Below the pieces are notes generated by a model that searched no databases, had not been told where the DNA came from, and saw only the letters and a list, made by a program, of their open reading frames with translations. DNA of 64,000 nucleotides from Pristiophorus japonicus (taxonomy: Eukaryota): positions 3,534,001-3,598,000 of the forward strand of contig NW_027252668.1 in the NCBI RefSeq assembly GCF_044704955.1, given 5' to 3'. The position numbers were made by a program, and so were the translations under genes. Positions 11,432-24,939 of the stretch are shown in pieces; positions within the stretch are counted from its first letter, which is position 1; every line of letters begins with the position of its first letter.

Positions 11432-11809
11432 ATGGCTGACGAAAAGAAAACAGGTCCCGCCAAGAAAGGCGCCAAGAAAGTAATCAAGAAAACCCCAGCG
11501 AAGAGCGGCAAGAGGCGCAGAAGGTCGAGGAAGGAGAGTTACGCCATCTACATCTACAAAGTGATGAAGCAGGTTCACCCCGACACCGGCATCTCCTCCA
11601 AGGCCATGGGCATCATGAACTCGTTTGTGAGCGATATTTTCGAGCGCATCGCGGGTGAGGCTTCCCGCCTGGCCCATTACAACAAGCGCCGCACCATCAG
11701 TTCCCGGGAGATCCAGACCTCCGTGCGCCTGCTGCTGCCCGGGGAGCTGGCCAAGCACGCCGTGTCGGAAGGGACAAAGGCGGTGACTAAGTACACCAGC
11801 TCCAAGTGA
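11432..11809 (+). CDS. H2B: Replication-dependent histone H2B, intact ORF
   Basis: 125 aa with [42 protein letters not shown]. Confidence 0.97.
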   Translation: MADEKKTGPAKKGAKKVIKKTPAKSGKRRRRSRKESYAIYIYKVMKQVHPDTGISSKAMGIMNSFVSDIFERIAGEASRLAHYNKRRTISSREIQTSVRLLLPGELAKHAVSEGTKAVTKYTSSK

Positions 11810-11849
11810 GAATGCCCGCTGTCCTGACAGATGAAACCCCAAACACAAC

Positions 11850-11890
11850 GGCTCTTTTAAGAGCCACCCACAATCTCTCTGAAAGAGCTG
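11850..11890 (+). terminator. Histone stem-loop and HDE (H2B)
   Basis: GGCTCTTTTAAGAGCC-ACCCA at 11850; GAAAGAGCTG at 11881-11890. Confidence 0.95.
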
Positions 11891-12031
11891 CACAAACGCA
11901 TCTCCCTTTACACTCTGTTTACTGTAATTATTTCCTGAACAACTTTATTTGAGAACTTTTACACTTCCAGTTGTAGATTTAGTTTTGAATTCTCAGATAT
12001 CAGTTTCACTGTCCGGTTCCACTTTAGCGTC

Positions 12032-12061
12032 GCCTTTTGGCTAAGATCATGCGTAACTGAC
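12032..12061 (+). mobile_element. 30-bp head fragment of the U2/U1 chimeric element
   Basis: GCCTTTTGGCTAAGATCATGCGTAACTGAC is the exact reverse complement of 11156-11185. Confidence 0.85.
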
Positions 12062-12545
12062 TGCGGGTCAGTCCGTTTATTAAGCCGAGACTCCCCGCAG
12101 TGTAACAACCCAGAATGGGAGTTCTTCCAGAGACCAGAACCGGGGCTGTTTGAATACTCTGTCCCTCTTTTTTCACAGAAGGACTCCCAATTCTGGGCTC
12201 ACTCCCGCCTTTGCAGGGGATCGATCGATAATCTGTGAAACCCAATTTTTACAAAGATTGAGTTGGAATGTGTCCGTTACAGAATCGGTGGGGATTGATT
12301 CCCGCCCATTAGACAGTTTGAAATAGTACCCGAATTTAATCCTGATTGTAACAGCCTGGCACTTGCAAGGGGAATGTGTAAAAGACAAAATTAATTACAA
12401 TGTGTTGGGAAATCTTTGACTAATGGTGAATTTATATTAACATAATCCGCTATTTTAAAATTTCTTGGCGGGATTTTTGAATTAAAAATCGATATTCTAA
12501 CTGTTGGAGACAGTAATTTCCGCCCTACTTCCATTGGTGGGCTAA

Positions 12546-13082
<537 letters not shown>

Positions 13083-13112
13083 AGCGGACAGGATTTAATC
13101 TAATAACCCAAA

Positions 13113-13153
13113 GGCTCTTTTCAGAGCCACCCACATTGTCTGTGAAAGGGCTG
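13113..13153 (+). terminator. Histone stem-loop and HDE (H2A)
   Basis: GGCTCTTTTCAGAGCC-ACCCA; TGAAAGGGCTG. Confidence 0.95.
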
Positions 13154-14248
13154 CTTTCTGTTCTGTGGAACATAATTGTCCAAGATTTAATTTAACATAC
13201 TATACTGTCATTAAGGTGGGAGTTTGCTGATCAGAAATGAGCCTCAGACATTCTCAGTTATAAGCATAACCATCTAGAAGTCCGGATCATCAAACAGTGC
13301 CGCATGTTTGTTGTTAGCCGATATTCTGATCAGCGATTTAATATAGAGGGGGTCAGGCTTCCGAGAAATGCAAAACAGACGGAAGCTGAACGTGAGACCG
13401 TTGGTCATTGAACATGTTGGGAGAGCCGAATATGAACCGGATGTTAAGAACTAAGTGTAAAGAGAATGAGCGGTTGATGGGCCCACCGTCTCCTATTCGG
13501 GCAATAATTCAAAAGGGAGAAGTATATACATCCTGAACACATTGATCCATGCAGACCTTTAACCTTTTAATTTTCTGGAGGGAACCAGAATTCCAGCTTT
13601 GGTTAATTCAAAATATCCCAAATAGTATCCCACCTGTGCCCGCATTAAGAGCTGGGTTAAAGGTGAGATACAGATTGCAGGCAGCTCGTCCCCTCTCTGG
13701 AATTTATCCATTCCATACTCCACACCCAGAGATGGCTATCAGAGAGAGCGATAGAGAGACAGACACAGTATCAGTTTTACACTTTGTATCAGTGTCTCCA
13801 TAATACGCTCAGTAACAGTGTCACACCTTCACGTATTGCACCAGAGAGAAACAGAGACATTATCAGTCTTGCACTTCCAACAGTGTTTCAATATCACGCT
13901 AAATAACAGTATCCCGCCTTCACAAACAGTAAGAGAGAGCGGATAGAAACTGAGAGGCAGAGAGAGGGGAGAGGGCTGAGCGAGAGACAGGAGAGTGCGA
14001 GGTAGGGCGATGAGGCACAGAAAGAGATGCAGTATCAGTTCCAGACTGACCGGTGAAGTCCCGTTTTATTCTGAAAGATCCCATTGGAGAGACAGAAGAT
14101 GCAGTTTCGTCTCTCACTGATATTGTACCAGAGACAGACACATTATTAATCCCACACTGCGGGCCACTGTCAGAGAGTGAGAGAAACAATGTCACACATT
14201 TATCACTCGCTTGCCTGTTGCAGTCTCTGCAATCTTGCAGCTCAGCGC

Positions 14249-16045
14249 CATAAGAACATAACAAATCGGAACAGGGGTAGGCCATTTGGCTCCTCGAGCC
14301 TGCTCTGCCATTCAATAAGATCATGGCTGATCTGATCATGGACTCCGCTCCACTTCCCTGCCCCCTCCCCATAACCATTTACTCCCTCATCGCTCAAAAA
14401 TCTGTCTATCTCCGCCTTAAATATATTCAATGACACAGCCTTCACAGTTGTCTGGGGCAGATAATTCCATAGATTTATAACCCTCAGAGAAGAAATTCCT
14501 CCTCATCCCAATTTTAAATGGGCGGTCCCTTATTCTAAAACTATGCAACCTAGTTTTAGTTGCCCCCATGTGGAAATATCCTCTCTGCATCCACCTTGCC
14601 AAGCCCCCTCATTATCTTATAAGTTTCAATAAGATCACCTCTCATTTTTCTGATCTCCAATGTGTACAGACCCAACCTACTCAAACCTTTCCTCATAAAT
14701 CAACCCCCTCATCTCCGGAATCAACCGAGTGAACCTTCTCTGAACAGCCTCCAATGTAAGTATATCCTTCCTTAAATATGAAGATCAAAACTGTACACAG
14801 TACTCCAGGTGTGGCCTTACCAATACCCTGTACAGTTGTAGCAGGACTTCTCTGCTTTTAGACTCTATCCCCCTTGCAATAAAAGCCAACATTCCATTTG
14901 TGTTACTGATTACTTGCTGTACCTGCACACTAACTTTTTGTGTTCCATGCACAAGGACCCCCAAGGCTCTCTGTACTGCTGCACATTGTAATTTTTCTCC
15001 ATTTAAATTATAATTTTCTTTTCTATTATTTCTGCCAAAATGGATAACCTCTCATTTTCCCACATTATACTCCATCTGGAAGTGGACCTGAGTCTATGAG
15101 CGGATCAGCCATGATTGTATTAAATGGTGGAGCAGGCTCGAGGGGCCATATGGCCTACTCCTGCTCCTATTTCTTATGTTCTTATCTGCCAAATGTTTGC
15201 ACACTCACTTAGCCTGTCGAGATCCCTTTGCATATCTACTGTGTCCTCATCACAATTTGCTTTCCCACCCATCTTTGTATCATCAGCAAACTTGGCTAAA
15301 TTAAACTCGGCCCCTTCATCCAAGTCATTAATATTGATTGTAAATAGTTGAGGACCCAGCACCGATCCCTGTGGCACCCCACTCATCACTGTTTGCCAAC
15401 CATAAAATGACCCATTTATCCTGACTCTCTGTTTGCTGTTAGTTAGCCAATTCTCTATCCATGCTGATATATTGCTCCCAATCCCATGAGCTTTTATCTT
15501 GTGCAGTAACCTCTTATGTGAAACCTTATCGAATGCCATCTGGAAATCCAAATACACCACATCCACAGGTTGCCCCTTATCTACCGTGCTTGTTACATCC
15601 TCAATGACTTCCAGCAAATTTGTCAAACATGATTTCCCTTTCATAAAACCATGCTGACTCTGTTTGATTGAATCATGCTTTTCCAAATGTCCTGCTACTG
15701 CTTCCTTAATAATGGACTCCAGCATTTTCACAACAACAGATGTTCGGCTAACTGGTCTATAGTTTCCTGCTTTTTGTTTGCCTCCTTTTTTAAACATTTG
15801 CAATTTTCCAATCTGCTTGTACCTCCCCAGAATCCAGGGAATTTTGGTAGATTACAAACAATGCATCCACTATCTCTACAGCCACATTTCTTAAGACCAC
15901 AGGATGTAAGTCATCAGGTCCAGGGGACTTGTCCGCCTTTAGTCCCATTATTTTACCGAGTACTACTTCATTAGTGACAGTGATTGTAATAAGTTCCTCC
16001 CTACCTATAACCTCTTGATTGTACACTTCGATATTACTCACAGTG
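14249..16045 (-). mobile_element. CR1 LINE fragment predating the duplication
   Basis: ORF 15174..15803 with RT motifs; paralog 41752-43755. Confidence 0.93.
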
Positions 16046-16344
16046 AGAGTGTTTAAACTAATCTCGGACTGTTTCTGTCAGATATTAACTCCTGCACGGT
16101 CCCAGCAAACACTCCCACTCCCTCGTCCCTCCGATGTTTCTGCAGGATTGCTTTGTGAAGACGGGCTCATGGAGAGAGAAACACCCTGCACAGAATGATC
16201 CCAAATTGAGCATCTCCAAGGGACAAGGCTCCCAGCTTTAATCATTCTCTGTCCTTTCCCCCCAGGCCCAGTTCCTTTGTTCAGATTCTGATAAAAGTAA
16301 ATTGGGAAAGGTGCATTTTGATTTTTACAGGCTGAATTATTGCA

Positions 16345-16517
16345 TAGAGCCGCACATGCGCGGCTCAGCCCCGCCCCCTGTGTCGATTCCCAGTGAGCAG
16401 AAGAGCGCATGCTCCCTCCCCTCCCCCAGTCCTGCCTGTGATCGCCATTCACTCAGTGAGCGGAAGAAGATGGTTTCAAACAGCCGGGAATGGAGAGCCC
16501 GCGGCTTTGGGGTAAGG
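16345..16517 (+). promoter_or_regulatory. Decayed paralog of CpG promoter and first exon
   Basis: Mutated GCGCATGCGC motifs, CGGAAGAAGATGG, donor GTAAGG at 16512. Confidence 0.5.
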
Positions 16518-17087
16518 CAGCGAGCAGCAGCCTCCTTACAGCAGCGCAGCGCTTTGGGAGCGTGTCCGCAGATGGGCTCAGAGACCGGCACTGAGTCCGG
16601 GGAGAGTCGGGGATCTGTGTGTAAGGGGCGGAGTGGAGCAAGAACCAGTGTCAGTGCGTGGTGTGATTGGGGGGATGGAGAGGCCATTCTCGGGCTGTGT
16701 GTGGACAGTGTGTGTCCAGGGGGAAGGGAGACAGAATGGGCAGAATCTGCTGTTTACAATCATTGCTGCTTTCGCTCTCCTAACCAGGACTGAACGTTCC
16801 TGGTTTAATTCCGTCGGGGGCTGTTTGTTTGTCAGAGGCAGAGTGGAGCAGGAACTAGTTCCGGAACATGGCGTGAGTGGGGGAAGGGAGAGGCCATTCT
16901 CGGGCTGTGTGTGGACAGTCTCTTACTTTCTAGTTGAGGATAAAATGGTCCTCTGATGACTCTGGTTGTAAGCAGATCTTACAGTAGCATCTCATGGTTC
17001 TCGGCATGCCGTTGCACATGAACCAATGAACGTTACTTGGCAGAGTTTGCTTGATGGCTCCTGCATAAGGGTGACACTCGTTAATCG

Positions 17088-17480
17088 TTTGCACTTCAGT
17101 CCCCCGCTCCTGATCTTTGGGCCCCCTGTGCGGAGGGGAGCGGGCAGATCGGAAGGCCTCCTCGTAGGACTGCTCCTGGGCATGGCCAAGGTAGCCATTA
17201 ACCGGTCCAGGCCACGGGCGGTCGAGGGGGTGTTCAGCCTGACTGCCTGCCTCTCTTCCACGGTTATGTTCGTGCCAGGGTGTCCCTGGAGATGGAGCAC
17301 GCGGTGTTCACCGCTATGCTCGTGGCCTTCCGTGAGAGATGGGCGCCAGAGGGACTGGAGTGCATCATCACCCCCAGGAACCAAATTTTAATTTGATCCA
17401 TTTAATGCCAAAGTTAAATTTGTCTGTTTTAATGCCCCTTTAATAAGGGGGCACTTGATTTATTGTTTTACTAAAATAGT
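17088..17480 (+). mobile_element. Tx1-clade LINE 3' fragment
   Basis: LHFSPPLLIFG..RSEGLLVGLLLG matches the ORF2 C-terminus of the element at 44206-51365. Confidence 0.9.
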
Positions 17481-18697
17481 TGTGTACACAGTGTGGGGTA
17501 ACAGTGAAAGTAAATCAACTCGCTCTTTCAAATCATTGCTGCTTTCTTTCCCCAAATCAGTAGTGAATGTTCCTGATTCAGTCCCAATCTCATCGTGTCT
17601 GTTGTTCTTCGACAGTGAACAGTGGAAACACAGCCTGACAGTGAGGATGTGAGAAGTTTCACAAAGTGTATCTATTGCAGACACCAGGTGAGGAGTGTGG
17701 GAGAAGACATTTCAAGCATCGGTTATTTTGTTTTGGTGCATTGAGTTGTCCAGAACCGTGTTGCTGGTGATCGAGAGCCTGTCGCTCCCTCAGATACATC
17801 AGGATCTGGGCCCTGTGACATTCTGTTAACTACACAGGCCCTCAACTCGGTTTCAAAAGTCTGAAAACAATTGTTGTACAGCCCAGGTACTATAGTTATA
17901 TTCCAGGAAGAGATTCAGAATTTTACAAGTAGTCCCATGGGAGTGGGAGATATAAACCTGAACTGTTCCAATCGGGTGGTCCTATTCATGGACCAGTGCT
18001 GTTCGTATCGTGGTTCCCCTCTCCAGATACTTTACTTTATTATAAACAAACATGTTAATTATAACTTTACTTTTTATAGTCTCCCACTCACCTGTCCATA
18101 TCATAACTAATAATGTTCTCGTATTATTATTCTCAGAGAGAAGTACTTCACTGAGCCTGAATAAATGTGATCTTTCCTCCACCCGGAACACAAGGAACAG
18201 TGCTGTCAGCTCCTTCTCACTCACAGTAAGTATATTATCACTTACAGAGCGCAGAGACACAAAACTGGTCTCAATCCTATTGTCATAGGCAGCAGAAGCT
18301 GTCAGTCCCACAGTGATCTGAATTTCCAGAGTTACATTATGAATCCCACAGTCACTTAGAGCAGTACAATAAGATGTTGTTTCAAAGTCCAAACATATCG
18401 CACTGAGAGACAGATCCATTTTCACTCACTTACTCACAAACACAGGAACAGATAGACACTGACACAGTGTCAATCCACACTGCTGGCATACACGGACTGT
18501 CAACCAGTGCAGGCAGCTCCTTCCCACACACAGTAAGTACATTATCACTCACAGAGCGCAGAGACACAGAACTGGCCTCAATCCTACTATCACAGGCAGC
18601 AGAAGCAGTCAGTCCCACAGTAATCCAGAGTACAAGAGTTACATTGTGAATCTTACAAGGAGCAGTAGAATCAGATGCTGTTTCACCATTGAAACAG

Positions 18698-20586
18698 ATA
18701 GAAACATAGAAACATAGAAAATAGGTGCAGGAGCAGGCCATTCAGCCCTTCTAGCCTGCACCGCCATTCAATGAGTTCATGGCTGAACATGAAACTTCAG
18801 TACCCACTTCCTGCTTTCATGCCATACCCCTTGATCCCCCGAGTAGTAAGGACTTCATCTAACTCCCTTTTGAATATATTTAGTGAATTGGCCTCAACTA
18901 CTTCCTGTGGTAGAGAATTCCACAGGTTCACCACTCTCTGGGTGAAGAAGTCCCTCCTTATCTCGGTCCTAAATGGCTTACCCCTTATCCTTAGACTGTG
19001 ACCCCTGGTTCTGGACTTCCCCAACATTGGGAACATTCTTCCTGAATCCAACCTGTCCAAACCCGTCAGAATTTTAAACGTTTCTATGAGGTCCCCTTTC
19101 ACTCTTCTGAACTCCAGTGAATACAAGCCCAGTTGATCCAGTCTTTCTTGATAGGTCAGTCCCACCATCCCGGGAATCAGTCTGGTGAATCTTCGCTGCA
19201 CTCCCTCAATAGCAAGAATGTCCTTCCTCAAGTTAGGAGACCAAAACTGTACACAATACTCCAGGTGTGGCCTCACCAAGGCCCTGTACAACTGTAGCAA
19301 CACCTCCCTGCCCCTGTACTCAAATCCCCTCGCTATGAAGGCCAACATGCCATTTGCTTTCTTAACCGCCTGCTGTACCTGCATGCCAACCTTCAATGAC
19401 TGATGTACCATGACACCCAGGTCTCGTTGCACCTTCCCTTTTCCTAATCTGTCACCATTCAGATAATAGTCTGTCTCTCTATTTTTACCACCAAAGTGGA
19501 TAACCTCACATTTATCCACATTATACTTCATCTGCCACGCATTTGCCCACCCACCCAACCCATCCAAGTCACTCCGCAGCCTCACAGCACCCTCCCCGCA
19601 GCTCACACCGCCACCCAACCTAGTGTCATCCGCAAATCTGGAGACACTACATCTAATCCCCTCGTCTAAATCATTAATGTACAATGTAAACAGCTGGGGC
19701 CCCAGCACAGAACCCCGCGGCACACCACTAGCCACCGCCCGCCACTCCGAAAAGCACCCATTCACTCCAACTCTTTGCCTCCCGTCCGACAACCAGTTCT
19801 CAATCCACGCCAGCACACCACCCCCAATCCCATGCGCCCCAACTTTGCACATTAATCTCCTGTGTGGGACCTTGTCGAAAGCCTTCCGAAAGTCCAAACA
19901 CACCACATCAACCGGCACTCCCCCGTCCACTCCACTGGAAACACCCCCAAAAAACTCCAGAAGATCCGTCAAGCACGATCTCCCTTTCACAAATCCATGC
20001 TGAATTGGACCTATCATGTCACCATCCTCCAAACGCGCTGCCACGACATCCCCAATAATTGACTCCATCACTTCACCCACCACTGAGGCCAGGCTGACCG
20101 GTCCACAATTCCCTGCCCTCTCTCTCCCTCCTTTTTTAAAAAGTGGGGTTACATTGGCTACCCTCCACTCGACAGGAACTGATCCAGAGTCAATGGAATG
20201 TTGGAAAATGACTGTCAATGCATCCGCTATTTCCAAGGCCACCTCCTTAAGTACTCTGGGATGCAGTCCATCAGGCCCTGGGGATTTATCGGCCTTCAAT
20301 CCCATCAATTTCCCCAACATAATTTCCCGACTAATAAAGATTTCCCTCAGTTCCTCCTCCTTAATAGACCCTCCGACCACCTTTATATCCGGAAGGTTGT
20401 TCGTGTCCTCCCCAGTGAATACCGAACCAAAGCACCTGTTCAACTGGTCTGCCACTTCCCCGCTCCCCGCCATGACTTCCCCTGACTCTGACCGCAGGGG
20501 ACCCACGCTTGTCCTCACTAACCCTCCTCTCTTTACACACCTATAGAAACTTTTGCAATCCGCCTCAACGTTCCCTGCAAGCCCCT
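18698..20586 (-). mobile_element. Young CR1 copy, A-to-G hypermutated in its 5' half
   Basis: 573-aa open ORF; (ATAGAAAC)n tail; absent from unit B (empty site near 54075). Confidence 0.96.
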
Positions 20587-20589
20587 GAC

Positions 20590-21622
20590 ATGTAGATTAA
20601 ACACCCGCACTCACTTGCCAGAAACTGGCAGGTAGACAATAAAACACACAATCACATATCTTAATATATAAGTTAGAAAGTAAAAACAATACTCTCATAT
20701 CAGAAGCTACGGGTACAGAGCAAAAGCAATAATCACGTATCAGGAAAGGAGAGATTCAGTATTAAGCCATCTCGAATATACCAGAAAATGACAGGTGCAG
20801 AATAAAACCCACACTCCTGTACCATAGACTGACAAATACAATCTACAACCCACACCCACATAGGTGAAAGTGACACGCACAGAGTAAACTCCACACCAGA
20901 GAGTGACAGGTAGAGTGTAAATCCCAGAGTCACATGTCAGAAAACAGAGGTAAAAAGTAAAACTGATACTTGCATTGCAGAATCTGACAGTTTCTGAGCT
21001 AAAGACATATTGCCATCTCATAAACTGGCAGATGCAGAGTGAAACCCACACACACCTATCAGAAAGGTAAAACCGTTACTCACGTATCAGACAAATTCAG
21101 GTAGAACATAAAACAGATATTCACGTTCACATACCAGAGACGGGCAGATAGAGTAAATCCCCGCTCATATAGCAGGAACTGACAGGTACAGTCTAAAACA
21201 TACACCCAAATTGCAGGAGCTAATAGGTGCTGATTAAACCCAGACTAACACACCAGAAACTGAGAGGCACAGATTAAACTCCCACACACATACCTAAATC
21301 TGACAGTTACAGAAATATACACAGACTCGCATATGAGAGACACATGCAGTATAAAGCCCATATTCATGTATCATACATAAAAGCTGACAGTTACAAGTTA
21401 AACTACCACTCATAAGCCAGAAACTGACAGGTACAGATTAAACCAACACTCACATATCAGAAACTGACAGGTTCAGAATAAAATCCACAATCACATACCA
21501 GAAACTGACCAGTACAGATTAAAACAATACTCATATACCAGAAACTGACAGGAACAGATTAAAACACACACTCAGATATGAGAAACTGACAGGTACAGAA
21601 TAAACCCCACTCTCGCATACCA
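20590..21622 (+). repeat. Older diverged ~41-bp satellite variant
   Basis: Units like CAGAAACTGACAGGTACAGAATAAAACCCACACTCACATAC; also about 9430-9720, 25630-25818, 54080-55560. Confidence 0.8.
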
Positions 21623-21624
21623 GA

Positions 21625-22404
21625 AACGCCTGGCTCACTTTAATTGCCTTCTGCAGTGTCACCATAGTGTCCACAGAGAGGAGGCACTCATGGCTGATTC
21701 CATTAACAAAGATGTCCCTCAGTGCTTCGGTGAGATGGTCGCCCAAATCACATGGTGCAGCCATTCGTCTCAGGTCTGCAGCATATTTTGCAATTTCTTG
21801 GCCTACGGGCCACCAGTGGATGTAGAACAAATGTATGGCTGTGAGGATGCTCTCTTTAGGTTTGAGCTGTTCCTGTGTTATTGTTACAAGCTCTGCATAC
21901 ATTTTGATTGTCGTCTTCACTGGGGCTAGCAGGTCTCTGACGAGGCCATGGACTGTGGGCAGGGCAGGATAGCTCTGCGCTTATCAGCCAGCGAGATCGG
22001 GTCGTTTCCTGCCAGGTCATTTGCAATGAAAACTTGTTCGAGCCTTTCCACAAAGGCATCCCAATCTTCCCCCTCAGCGAATTGTTGAAAGTTGCTAAGG
22101 TTAGCCATTTTGTGCATGGAAATTCATAATCTCCTCACGAGATGTTATGTGTGTAAGCACTCTAGTAAGGTAACACAAGGTAAGGTATTGTACTTGAACT
22201 GTTGTGACCTTTGTTCATTTATTGTAGCTCCTGAGTAAGGATACAGTGAAGTGCGCTCCCTTTTATACTTGGTTACCTGCAGTGTGCAGGTGAGCCTTAG
22301 GTCTCCACCAGTAGCACCCTCTGGTGGTACAGGTATAGTGTATACAGTGTGAAGATACATTCAGTGGTCTAATCTTACAGTACATACTTTATACATACAC
22401 AACA
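21625..22404 (-). mobile_element. Gypsy-like LTR retrotransposon fragment (5' LTR 22143-22404 plus broken gag)
   Basis: TGT..ACA termini, TATAAAA and AATAAA on minus; gag-like EGEDWDAFVERLEQVFIANDL and LTEALRDIFVNGI. Confidence 0.8.
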
Positions 22405-22906
22405 GTTTTGGTCTCCGCATTTAAGGAAGGGTATACTTCCATTGGAGGCTGTTCAGAGTTCTCTCGGTTGATTCCAGAGATCAAGGGGTTGACTTATGAA
22501 GATAGGTTGAGTAGTTTGGGCCTATACTCATTGGAGTTCAGAAGAATGAGAGGTGATCTTATTGAAACATGTAAGATAATGAGGGGGCTCGACAAGGTGG
22601 ATGCAGAGACGTTATTTCCACTCATAGGGGAAAATAAAACCAGAGGACATAGTCACACAATAAGGGGCCGCCCATTTAAAACTGAGATGATGAATTTCTT
22701 CTCTCTGAGGGTTGTAAATCTGTGGAATTCGCTGCCCCAGAGAGCTGTGGAAGCTGGGACACTGAATATGTTTAAGGCGGAGATGGACAGATTTTTGAGC
22801 GATAAGGGAATAAAGGGTTTTGGGGAGCGGGCAGGGAAGTGGAGCTAAGTCCATGATCAGATCAGCCGTGATCTTATTGAATGGCGGAGCAGGCTCGAGG
22901 GGCTGT
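22405..22906 (+). mobile_element. CR1 3' fragment, tail resumes at about 24818-24858
   Basis: ORF 22408..22848; 3' UTR split by the younger CR1. Confidence 0.9.
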
Positions 22907-24817
22907 ATAGAAACATAGAAACATAGAAAATAGGTGCAGGAGCAGGCCATTCAGCCCTTCTAGCCTGCACCGCCATTCAATGAGTTCATGGCTGAACATG
23001 AAACTTCAGTACCCCCTTCCTGCTTTCACGCCATACCCCTTGATCCCCCGAGTAGTAAGGACTTCATCTAACTCCCTTTTGAATATATTTAGTGAATTGG
23101 CCTCAACTACTTTCTGTGGTAGAGAATTCCACAGGTTCACCACTCTCTGGGTGAAGAAGTTTCTCCTTATCTCAGTCCTAAATGGCTTACCCCTTATCCT
23201 TAGACTGTGACCCCTGGTTCTGGACTTCCCCAACATTGGGAACATTCTTCCTGCATCCAACCTGTCCAAACCCGTCAGAATTTTAAACGTTTCTACGGTC
23301 CCTCTCACTCTTCTGAACTCCAGTGAATACAAGCCCAGTTGATCCAGTCTTTCTTGATAGGTCAGTCCCACCATCCCGGGAATCAGTCTGGTGAATCTTC
23401 GCTGCACTCCCTCAATAGCAAGAATGTCCTTCCTCAAGTTAGGAGACCAAAACTGTACACAATACTCCAGGTGTGGCCTCACCAAGGCCCTGTACAACTG
23501 TAGCAACACCTCCCTGCCCCTGTACTCAAATCCCCTCGCTATGAAGGCCAACATGCCATTTGCTTTCTTAACCGCCTGCTGTACCTGCATGCCAACCTTC
23601 AATGACTGATGTACCATGACACCCAGGTCTCGTTGCACCTTCCCTTTTCCTAATCTGTCACCATTCAGATAATAGTCTGTCTCTCTGTTTTTACCACCAA
23701 AGTGGATAACCTCACATTTATCCACATTATACTTCATCTGCCACGCATTTGCCCACTCACCTAACCTATCCAAGTCACTCTGCAGCCTCATAGCATCCTC
23801 CTCGCAGCTCACACTGCCACCCAACTTAGTGTCATCCGCAAATTTGGAGACACTACATTTAATCCCCTCGTCTAAATCATTAATGTACAATGTAAACAGC
23901 TGGGGCCCCAGCACAGAACCCTGCGGTACCCCACTAGTCACTGCCTGCCATTCCGAAAAGTACCCATTTACTCCTACTCTTTGCTTCCTGTCTGACAACC
24001 AGTTCTCAATCCACGTTAGCACACTACCCCCAATCCCATGTGCTTTAACTTTGCACATTAATCTCCTGTGTGGGACCTTGTCGAAAGCCTTCTGAAAGTC
24101 CAAATATACCACATCAACTGGTACTCCTTTGTCCACTTTATTGGAAACATCCTCAAAAAATTCCAGAAGATTTGTCAAGCATGATCTCCCTTTCACAAAT
24201 CCATGCTGACTTGGACCTATCATGTCACCATTTTCCAAATGCGCTGCTATGACATCCTTAATAATTGATTCCATCATTTTACCCACTACTGAGGTCAGGC
24301 TGACCGGTCTATAATTCCCTGCTTTCTCTCTCCCTCCTTTTTTAAAAAGTGGGGTTACATTGGCTACCCTCCACTCGATAGGAACTGATCCAGAGTCAAT
24401 GGAATGTTGGAAAATGACTGTCAATGCATCCGCTATTTCCAAGGCCACCTCCTTAAGTACTCTGGGATGCAGTCCATCAGGCCCTGGGGATTTATCGGCC
24501 TTCAATCCCATCAATTTCCCCAACACAATTTCCCGACTAATAAAGATTTCCCTCAGTTCCTCCTCCTTACTAGACCCTCTGACCACTTTTATATCCGGAA
24601 GGTTGTTTGTGTCCTCCTTAGTGAAAACTGAACCAAAGTACTTGTTCAATTGGTCTGCTATTTCTTTGTTCCCCGTTATGACGTCCCCTGATTCTGACTG
24701 CAGGGGACCTACATTTGTCTTTACTAACCTTTTTCTCTTTACATACCTATAGAAACTTTTGCAATCCGCCTTAATGTTCTTCTCGTACTCCATTTTCCCT
24801 GCTCTAATCAAACCCTG
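22907..24817 (-). mobile_element. Young 5'-truncated CR1 with an open 601-aa RT region
   Basis: ORF 23006..24811 with all RT motifs but no endonuclease; (ATAGAAAC)n tail. Confidence 0.97.
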
Positions 24818-24939
24818 ATTATGGCCTGCTCCTGCTCCTATTTCTTATGTTCTTATATAAAAGTAACTACCAAAATTACCAACAGATAGGTGGGCCCATT
24901 ACCAAACTTTACATAAACGGCAATTACTGAATTACCAAC

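Larger units (their letters stand above)
13750..21540 (+). repeat. Segmental duplication block, unit A; paralog about 41290-54800
   Basis: Collinear after removing unit-specific insertions; the CR1 and its nested CR1 tail (15078-15185 / 42780-42885) are shared. Confidence 0.9.

Noticed and set aside
23006-24811. Open 601-aa RT ORF as a domesticated gene or active LINE
   Set aside because: 5'-truncated, no endonuclease or promoter, near-identical to sibling copies; simply young
22907-24817. APOBEC G-to-A editing of this copy as the explanation for differences from 18698-20586
   Set aside because: Other CR1 copies share the A state and the conserved residues, so the G state at 19551-20586 is derived
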